Made by a program: the position numbers and the translations under genes
Part shown: positions 1 to 5,749 of the stretch, one piece after another
Layout of the letters: each line of letters opens with the position of its first letter
Position numbering within the stretch: the first letter of the stretch is position 1
Notes under the pieces: model-generated
Told to the model about the DNA's origin: nothing
The model's database searches: none
What the model saw: the letters and a program-made list of their open reading frames with translations, nothing else
Assembly: GCF_014203015.1 (NCBI RefSeq)
Contig: NZ_JACHIB010000004.1
Location: 131,454-155,453, forward strand
Direction: 5' to 3'
From: Castellaniella defragrans
GTDB lineage: Bacteria; Pseudomonadota; Gammaproteobacteria; Burkholderiales; Burkholderiaceae_B
DNA: 24,000 bases

Positions 1-282
1 ACAGAGCAGTCCGCAGGGACTGCTCTTTTACAGCTGCCGCATCCCCCCCACCTCCCGGCCTGCAGGCCGGTCGGATTCGTCAGGCACAGAGCAGTCCGCA
101 GGGACTGCCCTTTTACAGCTGTCGCATCCCTCCACCTCCCGGCCTGCAGGCCGGTCGGATTCGTCAGGCACAGAGCAGTCCGCAGGGACTGCTCTTTTAC
201 AGCTGTCGCATCCCTCCACCTCCCGGCCTGCAGGCCGGTCGGATTCGTCAGGCACAGAGCAGTCCGCAGGGACTGCTCTGTG
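1..282. repeat. Tandem 84/85-bp repeat array (3 full units + partial), each unit holding two palindromes; truncated by the window edge
   Basis: Head-to-tail units at 1-85, 86-169 and 170-253, plus a partial unit at 254-282, nearly identical. Each unit has a hairpin AGAGCAGTCC-GCAG-GGACTGCTCT (10-bp stem; unit 2 has one mismatch) running into TTTT. This is followed by a C-rich tract (CATCCCTCCACCTCCC; unit 1 has CATCCCCCCCACCTCCC) and a perfect 16-bp palindrome CCGGCCTGCAGGCCGG. The last partial copy has a 13-bp stem (253-265 / 270-282) and sits 8 nt from the stop of the minus-strand gene at 290. Confidence 0.9.
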
Positions 283-289
283 TCCTGCC

Positions 290-856
290 TCATCCCCCGA
301 ATCCTCCTTCGTCCAGGAACCGCTCCTCCTCCGAGGTGCTGGTGCGCCCGAGCGCGCCGTTGCGGTGCGGGAACCGGCCGAACCGCCGGATGATGTCGCG
401 GTGTTCCACCGCCCAGTGCAGCGAAGCGGGCACCTCGCGCGCGTACAGGGCTACGGATTCCTCCTGGACGGCGAGGTCCTCGGCATGCATGAAGGGCAGG
501 CAGACGAAGCCGCGCAAGGCGGGCTCGATCCGCTCCAGGAAGCAGAGCGAACGGCGCGCATAGGCCAGCGCCAGGCCGTCCGTGGCGTACATGTGGCCCG
601 TGCCGCGGAAGGCGTTGCGGGGATACTGGTCCAGCAGCAGGATCAGCGCCAGGGCCGGCTCGGCATGCTCCAGCCAGTCTTCCAGTTCCCGCCGGGCGGC
701 GGCGAAGTGGGCGGCGCGGAACCGCTCGCGGAACTCGACGTCGAAGGCGGCGTCCTTGGCGAACCACCGGGCGGGGCCTGCCTCGCGCCAGAAGGAAACG
801 ACGGCGCGCGCCGTCTCCGGCGAAGCGACGGAGATCGAGGCGGGGGCATGCGGCAT
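290..856 (-). CDS. DUF924 family protein
   Basis: 188-aa ORF with DUF924 hallmarks as I recall them (LLLDQYPRNAF..., ...HRDIIRRFGRFPHRNGALGRTSTSEEERFL). ATG at 856 is preceded by GGAG 6 nt upstream. GC3-rich codon usage. Confidence 0.8.
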   Translation of the reverse strand: MPHAPASISVASPETARAVVSFWREAGPARWFAKDAAFDVEFRERFRAAHFAAARRELEDWLEHAEPALALILLLDQYPRNAFRGTGHMYATDGLALAYARRSLCFLERIEPALRGFVCLPFMHAEDLAVQEESVALYAREVPASLHWAVEHRDIIRRFGRFPHRNGALGRTSTSEEERFLDEGGFGG

Positions 857-946
857 GAAAGGCTCCGGGATACGAGAAACGGTCTACGGTACACCGATCC
901 TTCTCCCTTATACAATCGCACCATCGATCACCTCGCCGAGCCCGCC

Positions 947-1663
947 ATGTCCCTGTCCGCCGCCCTCGCTCCCACCGGCGCCCTGCGCGCCTCCATCAAT
1001 CTGGGCAATCCCCTGCTGGCCCGGCGCGACGCCGGCACCGGCGAAGTCTCCGGGGTGTCCGTGGACCTGGCCGGGGAACTGGCGCGCGAACTCGGCGTGC
1101 CCCTGGAGCTGGCGGTGTTCGACAAGGCCGCCCAGTCGGTGGAGGCCGTCACCGGCCAGGCCGCGGACATCGGCTTCTTCGCCATCGATCCCAAGCGCGG
1201 CGAAGGCATCGCCTTCACCGCGCCCTACGTCCTTATCGAGGGCGCCTACCTGGTGCGCCAGGATTCCCCGCTGCGCGACAACGCCGAGGTCGACCGGCCC
1301 GGCCACCGCGTCGTGGTGGGCCAGGGCAGCGCCTACGACCTGTTCCTCAGCCGCCACCTGCAGCAGGCGGAAATCGTGCGCGCGGAAAATTCCCAGCGCG
1401 TGGTGGACGACTTCCTGGCCGGCGGCCAGGAAGTCGCCGCGGGCGTGCGCCAGCAGCTCCAGGCCGACGCCGACCGGGTGGGCGGCGTGCGCCTGCTGCC
1501 CGGCCGGTTCATGGTGATCGAGCAGGCCATGGGTCTGCCGAAATCGCGCCCGGCGCAGGCCGCCGCCGCGCTGGCCGACTTCGTCGAACGCTGCAAGGCG
1601 TCCGGCTTCGTGGCCCGGGCGCTGGCGCGCCACGGCATCCGGGGCGCCTCGGTCGCGCCGTAA
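947..1663 (+). CDS. Substrate-binding-protein-fold protein (SBP_bac_3-like / amino-acid ABC binding-protein family), no signal peptide
   Basis: In-frame ATG at 947 within ORF 365-1663; the upstream part of that ORF is antisense to the DUF924 gene. Sequence (INLGNPLLA..., GVSVDLAGELARELG, DIGFFAIDPKR, FTAPY) resembles polar amino-acid binding proteins. The N-terminus MSLSAALAPTGALRAS has no hydrophobic signal sequence. Confidence 0.7.
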   Translation: MSLSAALAPTGALRASINLGNPLLARRDAGTGEVSGVSVDLAGELARELGVPLELAVFDKAAQSVEAVTGQAADIGFFAIDPKRGEGIAFTAPYVLIEGAYLVRQDSPLRDNAEVDRPGHRVVVGQGSAYDLFLSRHLQQAEIVRAENSQRVVDDFLAGGQEVAAGVRQQLQADADRVGGVRLLPGRFMVIEQAMGLPKSRPAQAAAALADFVERCKASGFVARALARHGIRGASVAP

Positions 1664-1672
1664 TGTCCCGCC

Positions 1673-1708
1673 AGGCACCGATCAGCCCGCAGGGACTGAT
1701 CAGTGTCC
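1673..1708. terminator. REP-like hairpin between convergent genes, homologous to the hairpin of the 1-282 array
   Basis: CAGGCAC-CGATCAGCCC-GCAG-GGACTGATCA-GTGTCC aligns base for base with the last array copy CAGGCAC-AGAGCAGTCC-GCAG-GGACTGCTCT-GTGTCC. The stem is 1680-1688 / 1693-1701 with one C.A mismatch. It lies between the stop at 1663 (+) and the stop at 1700 (-) and overlaps the latter. Confidence 0.6.
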
Positions 1709-2665
1709 GGACGCACCCCGCCGCCCCCGCCAGTGGCGGTACCAGCCGTAGCCGCTCAGCAGCACGACCCCGGACACCACCAGCAGCGTTCCTCCCAGGA
1801 AGCCCGCCCCCACCGGCTCGTCCAGCAGCCAGGCGCCCAGGGCCACGCCGAACAGCGGCGTGAGGAAGGAAAACACGCCCAGGCGGGACGCCAGGTACTT
1901 GCGCAGCAGCCAGAACCAGGCCAGATAGCTGAGGAATGCGACGAACACCGCCTGGAAGGCCAGGCTGGCCCAGACCATCGGCGTCATGCGGAATTCCGTC
2001 TGCCCCATCAGGAACGCGGCCGCCAGCAGGCACACGGCGCCCGCCGCCAGCTGGTACATCAGGGTCTGGCTGGCGGGCAGCGCGGCCAGCCGCGTCACCC
2101 GCACCACCACGGTGGTCGCGCCCCAGGCGGCTCCGCCCAGCAGGGCCAGCAGATCGCCCCACAGCATGGCGGCGCCCGCCGCCCGCACGCCCTCGTCGCG
2201 CCACAGGAACGCCAGCGCCACCCCGCCGAAGGCGAGCGCCACGCCCAGCCACTGCGCGGCGGCCAGGCGCTCGTCGGGCAGCTTCCAGTGCAGCCCCAGC
2301 GCCGCGAAGATCGGCGCCGTGTACAGCAGCACCACGACGTGGCTGGCCGAGGTGTGACGCAGGCTTTCGCCCACCAGCAGGAACTCCACGGCATACAGGA
2401 TCCCGGCGAACAGCCCCGGGCGCCACAAGGCCAGGGCGCCGTCCAGGCGCTCGCCGCGCCAGGCCATGAACAGGCCCACCAGCATCCCGCCCACGGCGCT
2501 GCGCACGGCGATCTGGAACACCGGGGAGAAGTCGGGGGCGGTGGCCTTGAGCACGATCTGCTGCAGCGCCCAGACCAGGCACAGCACCAGCATCAGGCCG
2601 GAGGCCAGGCCATCCATGGGCCGGCGGGATTCCATAGGGGTCATCCGGTAATGGAAAACCGCCAT
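1700..2665 (-). CDS. DMT superfamily (EamA-like) transporter
   Basis: Polytopic membrane protein with two EamA-type halves. I chose the ATG at 2665 (MAVFHYRMTPMESRRP...) because GGGAGA lies 6 nt upstream. The ORF track extends to 2857, but that extra N-terminus is Gly/Arg/Pro-rich and unlike a transporter. Alternative starts are at 2644, 2635 and 2617. Confidence 0.8.
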   Translation of the reverse strand: MAVFHYRMTPMESRRPMDGLASGLMLVLCLVWALQQIVLKATAPDFSPVFQIAVRSAVGGMLVGLFMAWRGERLDGALALWRPGLFAGILYAVEFLLVGESLRHTSASHVVVLLYTAPIFAALGLHWKLPDERLAAAQWLGVALAFGGVALAFLWRDEGVRAAGAAMLWGDLLALLGGAAWGATTVVVRVTRLAALPASQTLMYQLAAGAVCLLAAAFLMGQTEFRMTPMVWASLAFQAVFVAFLSYLAWFWLLRKYLASRLGVFSFLTPLFGVALGAWLLDEPVGAGFLGGTLLVVSGVVLLSGYGWYRHWRGRRGASGH

Positions 2666-2891
2666 TGTAGGTCTCCCGCCCGCCGGAACCGGATGGAACG
2701 CACGCCAGCCGCCCAGTCCACAGCGCGAGAGCGCGGGGCCCGCGCCCCCACGCGCCGCCGCGGGCGCGGGGACCGATCCCCTGCCCCGGCCGGGGCTTTC
2801 CTGGCCGCGCGGGGGGTACGGGTCTATGATGGTCTTCATCGCAGCCCCCTTCACCACAGCCTCTCTTCATCACCCTCCAGGAGCCCGCATC

Positions 2892-3239
2892 ATGGATTCT
2901 CCGATGTATCCCCACCCCACTCCCGAACTGGCCCGGCGGCGCGCCGAACTCGCGCCCGAGGCCCTGTCCGCGTTCAAGGCCTTCAGCAAGGCCGTGTTCG
3001 CCCCCGGCGCGCTGGACGCGAAGACCAAGCAGCTGATCGCCGTGGCCGTGGCGCACGTCACCCAGTGCCCCTATTGCATCAAGGGCCACACCGAAGGCGC
3101 GTCCCGCGCGGGCGCGTCCGGCGCGGAAATCATGGAAGCCATCTGGGTGGCGGCCGAGATGCGGGCGGGCGGCGCCTACGCCCATTCCGCCCTGGCCCTG
3201 CAGACCCTGGACGAACTGGCCGAACGCAAGAAGGCCTGA
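2892..3239 (+). CDS. Carboxymuconolactone decarboxylase (AhpD-like) family protein with CxxC motif
   Basis: 115 aa from the ATG at 2892, with AGGAG 8 nt upstream. Contains AVAHVTQCPYCIKGHT and EAIWVAAEMRAGGAYAH, typical of the AhpD/CMD core domain. Confidence 0.8.
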   Translation: MDSPMYPHPTPELARRRAELAPEALSAFKAFSKAVFAPGALDAKTKQLIAVAVAHVTQCPYCIKGHTEGASRAGASGAEIMEAIWVAAEMRAGGAYAHSALALQTLDELAERKKA

Positions 3240-3249
3240 TGCGCGGCGT

Positions 3250-3279
3250 GAAACGTTTCCCGGCCTGGCCTCATCCAAT
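3250..3279 (+). promoter_or_regulatory. ECF-type promoter candidate (site A): tGAAAC-N17-CATCCAAT upstream of the sigma gene
   Basis: GAAAC at 3250-3254, 17-nt spacer, CATCCAAT at 3272-3279. It ends 27 nt before the GTG start at 3307. Specified bases are identical to the sites at 3593-3622 and 5153-5124. Confidence 0.6.
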
Positions 3280-3306
3280 CGCCACGGTATTCTTTCAGGA
3301 GTTCAC

Positions 3307-4011
3307 GTGGACATCCAGCTCCAGCACGATCCTGCGGCCACGGACGACCTCGCGCTGATCGGGCGCGCGGCGGACGGCGACCTGGCGGCCTTCGAGGCCT
3401 TGATGCGCCGCCACAACCAGCAGCTCTACCGGGCGGCGCGCAGCATCCTGCGCGATGAATCCGAGGCCGAGGACGCCGTCCAGGAGGCCTGGTGGAAGGC
3501 CTACGGCCACCTGCGGGACTTCCGTTCGGAAGCCCGGCCCGCCACCTGGCTGACGCGCATCGCCATCAACGAGGCCCTGATGCGGCGGCGGCGAAACAAA
3601 ACGCGCGAGGCGCTCATCCAATCCGCATACCAGTCTCCGCACGAACACGACCCCATGCCGACGTACGCTCCCGACACCGAGGCCCCCGCCTCCGCCGGCC
3701 CCGACCAGATGGCCTGGCGCGCCGAACTGCGGCGCCGCCTGGAGCGGCGCATCGACGAGCTGCCCGACCTCTACCGCACCGTCTTCGTGCTGCGCGCCGT
3801 GGACGACATGCCGGCCGCCGAGGTCGCGCTCGTCCTGGGGCTGCCCGAAGCCACCGTGCGCGTGCGCTTCATGCGCGCCCGCCGCCTGCTGCAGGCGGCC
3901 CTGCAGCCGGACTTCGACCCGCGCGCGGCGGGCGCCTTCTCGTTCGCGGGCCAGCGCTGCGACCGCATCGTGGCCGGCGTCCTCGCGCGGGTGCGGGCCG
4001 CGGGCGGCTGA
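3307..4011 (+). CDS. ECF (sigma-70 family) RNA polymerase sigma factor with long inter-domain linker and short C-terminal tail
   Basis: GTG start at 3307 with AGGAG 5 nt upstream. Region 2 (AEDAVQEAWWKAYGHLRDFRSEARPATWLTRIAINEAL) and region 4 (LPDLYRTVFVLRAVDDMPAAEVALVLGLPEATVRVRFMRARRLL) are recognisable. About 35 residues follow region 4 (...FSFAGQRCDRIVAGVLARVRAAGG). Confidence 0.9.
   Translation: MDIQLQHDPAATDDLALIGRAADGDLAAFEALMRRHNQQLYRAARSILRDESEAEDAVQEAWWKAYGHLRDFRSEARPATWLTRIAINEALMRRRRNKTREALIQSAYQSPHEHDPMPTYAPDTEAPASAGPDQMAWRAELRRRLERRIDELPDLYRTVFVLRAVDDMPAAEVALVLGLPEATVRVRFMRARRLLQAALQPDFDPRAAGAFSFAGQRCDRIVAGVLARVRAAGG
3593..3622 (+). promoter_or_regulatory. Intragenic copy (site C) of GAAAC-N17-CATCCAAT inside the sigma-factor coding sequence
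   Basis: GAAAC at 3593-3597, 17-nt spacer, CATCCAAT at 3615-3622, within the codons for RRNKTREALIQS in the linker between regions 2 and 4. The next in-frame ATG is at 3655. Confidence 0.45.
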
Positions 4012-4107
4012 AGGAAGCATCGCCCTCCGGGCACGGCCGCCGGGGCACGGCCAATCAGGTGGCGGGCACGATCGGGACTTCGCCAACGACGTCCCCGCAC
4101 CCCGCGG

Positions 4108-4647
4108 TCAATCGATCCGGCCCTGCTTCAGGATGGCCGCCACGGCGGGAAAGCCCGCCGCGGCGGCCGGGGGCAGCCGCGCGTCCGTATCGGCATAGGG
4201 CGGCGCGGCATCCGCGTCCCCCACCACGATCCGGCCGACCATCCCCGCATGCTCGTGCGGCAGGCAGAAATAGTCGTAGACGCCGGGCGCCTCGAACACC
4301 ACGGTGTAGGACTGCCCCGGCAGCAGATAGTCCGAATTCCACGGCTTCGCGCCCGCCGGCATGCGCAGCGGCCTGCCGTTGGCGGGATGATAGGCCGTCG
4401 AGGTATGGACGTTGCCGGCGTCGCGGTTGACCCAGCGGACGGCCTGGCCCGGCCGGATCAGCAGCCCCCGGGGACGGAACCAGACCTGCGAGCCGCTCGG
4501 CGTGCCCGACATGCCGATCTCGACCGCCTCGTCGGCTCCCGCCGGCCGCGGCAGGACCGCCGCCAGCAGCAGGCCGCCACCGGCCGCGAGCAGCAGCCGC
4601 CGGCGCGGGTCGTGCGGGAGCGCGTGGCCGTGCAGGGGCGCGTTCAT
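4108..4647 (-). CDS. Cupredoxin (plastocyanin/azurin-family type-1 copper protein) with twin-arginine signal
   Basis: 179 aa from the ATG at 4647, which overlaps the upstream gene's stop as ATGA. Tat-like HDPRRRLLLAAGGGLLLAAVLPRPAGA. Copper-ligand block YDYFCLPHEHAGMVGRIVV (C-x2-H-x4-M), with an upstream His in NVHTSTAYH. Confidence 0.8.
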   Translation of the reverse strand: MNAPLHGHALPHDPRRRLLLAAGGGLLLAAVLPRPAGADEAVEIGMSGTPSGSQVWFRPRGLLIRPGQAVRWVNRDAGNVHTSTAYHPANGRPLRMPAGAKPWNSDYLLPGQSYTVVFEAPGVYDYFCLPHEHAGMVGRIVVGDADAAPPYADTDARLPPAAAAGFPAVAAILKQGRID

Positions 4648-5078
4648 TTCGCCACGCGGCTTTCCTGCGCCGCCGGCACGTTCCACAGCACGATGTGGAT
4701 GTGCGGCTCTTCCACGCCGGGATGCCCCGCGTTGTACATGATGTCCACGTGATCCACCTTCGCGCCGGCCGGCACCTTCAGGTCGTTCAGGTGCATGTCG
4801 GGCTTCATCAGCGCCAGCGGGATCATGTAGGTGGTGTTCACCAGGCGGCCGTCATGGTCGTAGCCCAGGAAGGGCCCGGCCGGCAGCGTGGCGGGATCGA
4901 CGAACAGCTGCCCCAGTCCGGGAATGAAGTCGGGCAGCTTCACCAGCGAACTGACCGCCTTGTAGGGGGCGGCCGGCGGCGCCTTGAGCGCCGATGCGCC
5001 GGCCGCCTGGGCCGCGGGCGCGCCCAGGCCGAGCGCCAGGGCGGCCGCGGCCGCCGTCAGGAAGGAACGTGAGGACAT
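4644..5078 (-). CDS. Secreted hypothetical protein (Sec signal peptide, His-rich C-terminal motif)
   Basis: 144 aa; GGGAGA lies 5 nt before the ATG at 5078. Signal peptide MSSRSFLTAAAAALALGLGAPAAQA/AG. C-terminal HVDIMYNAGHPGVEEPHIHIVLW. Translationally coupled to the cupredoxin gene. I cannot assign a family with confidence. Confidence 0.7.
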   Translation of the reverse strand: MSSRSFLTAAAAALALGLGAPAAQAAGASALKAPPAAPYKAVSSLVKLPDFIPGLGQLFVDPATLPAGPFLGYDHDGRLVNTTYMIPLALMKPDMHLNDLKVPAGAKVDHVDIMYNAGHPGVEEPHIHIVLWNVPAAQESRVAK

Positions 5079-5123
5079 GAGAATCTCCCGGTATGCGCGG
5101 CGGGAATCGCCGTGTTTCGCGCC

Positions 5124-5153
5124 ATTGGATGCGCGGTCCGGAAGATCCGTTTC
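5124..5153 (-). promoter_or_regulatory. ECF-type promoter candidate (site B): GAAAC-N17-CATCCAAT upstream of the secreted-protein/cupredoxin operon
   Basis: On the minus strand, GAAAC is at 5153-5149, followed by a 17-nt spacer and CATCCAAT at 5131-5124. It ends 45 nt before the ATG at 5078. Confidence 0.6.
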
Positions 5154-5225
5154 GGCGGCTGCAGGGACTGGGTCGGGAGCGGCGGCAATTGCGGCGGCGG
5201 CAGCGGCTGCCGCCGGGGCGGCGGC

Positions 5226-5591
5226 TCAGGCGGCCTCGTCCTCGCACATCAGCTCGGGCAGGCCCCGCAGCACGGCGCGCGCGTCCAGCGAGCGCAGCGG
5301 CACGCCCGCATCCGCCGGAATGCGGCCGTCGACCTGCAGCATCTGGTAGCGCAGGCAGCAGACGCGCAGGAAGGAGGAAAAATTGCCGGTCTCGCCGCGG
5401 TGTTCCAGCAGTTCGTCGTACAGGCGCTCGATCAGCTGGGTCACCCGCATGCCGTCGCGCCGCGCGATGTCCTCCAGCACCTGCCAGAACAGGTGCTCCA
5501 GGCGCACGCTGGTCGCCACGCCATGCAGGCGCAGGGAGCGGGATTCGCTGTCGTAGGACCGGGGATTGGCCCTGATGAAGATTTCGCACAT
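5226..5591 (-). CDS. Ribbon-helix-helix domain protein (RHH_4-like)
   Basis: 121 aa from the ATG at 5591 (MCEIFIRANPRSYDSESRSLRLHGVATSVRLEHLFWQVLEDIARRDGMRVTQLI...). The SVRLE..FW..L..IA pattern matches the RHH_4 family as I recall it. This is the 3' end of an 819-aa track ORF whose remainder is spurious. Confidence 0.7.
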   Translation of the reverse strand: MCEIFIRANPRSYDSESRSLRLHGVATSVRLEHLFWQVLEDIARRDGMRVTQLIERLYDELLEHRGETGNFSSFLRVCCLRYQMLQVDGRIPADAGVPLRSLDARAVLRGLPELMCEDEAA

Positions 5592-5657
5592 GACGCGGGC
5601 TCCGGAACGGGCACTGAATCTTGTGACTGTAGAGACGGCCGCCCGGACCGCGCAAGA

Positions 5658-5683
5658 GGGAAATCCCGGGGGGAAATCCCGGG
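5658..5683. repeat. Perfect tandem 13-bp direct repeat GGGAAATCCCGGG x2 upstream of the RHH gene
   Basis: Copies at 5658-5670 and 5671-5683 are identical and lie 67-92 nt upstream of the RHH start at 5591. A second pair, CGAGGCGTGCGCC, is at 5713-5725 and 5729-5741. GC hairpins (GCCTCGCC-TCGAAA-GGCGAGGC) lie in the same spacer. Confidence 0.7.
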
Positions 5684-5749
5684 AGGCGGCCTCCCGGCCT
5701 CGCCTCGAAAGGCGAGGCGTGCGCCGGACGAGGCGTGCGCCCGGGTGCG

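Noticed and set aside
28-255. 75-aa minus-strand ORF with an internally repeated peptide (PDESDRPAGREVEGCDSCKRAVPADCSV x2.5)
   Set aside because: It is simply a reading frame passing through the 84-bp tandem repeat (84 is divisible by 3). There is no RBS and no independent coding signal. The repeats are dominated by palindromes, which fits structural or RNA function better.
1-282. Possible CRISPR array
   Set aside because: The units are contiguous and near-identical over their whole 84 bp. There are no unique spacers between short repeats and no cas genes in the window.
2685-2720. Two GGAAC pentamers (2685-2689, 2695-2699) followed by TCCA, considered as a further ECF promoter for the CMD gene
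   Set aside because: The spacing to TCCA is 2 nt shorter than in the three perfect sites, the rest of the -10 octamer is absent (CAGTCCAC versus CATCCAAT), and it lies about 170 nt from the CMD start. The match is not convincing.
1509-3278. 589-aa minus-strand ORF. The same judgement applies to similar long shadow ORFs: 1703-3358 +, 8501-10129 -, 8392-9810 +, 10537-12063 +, 12640-13962 -, 14107-15354 -, 14286-15557 +, 16348-17415 -, 17526-19067 -, 19037-21340 -, 20856-22124 -, 22470-23984 -.
   Set aside because: All are antisense or off-frame to genes with clear homology and are dominated by Arg/Gly/Pro/Ala, the expected by-product of scarce stop codons in high-GC DNA. One even runs through the tRNA gene.
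5111-5120. Second GAAAC (minus strand, 5118-5114) just downstream of site B, as an additional promoter
   Set aside because: The sequence 17 nt downstream is CGCATACC rather than CATCCAAT, and a start there would fall on the ribosome-binding site.
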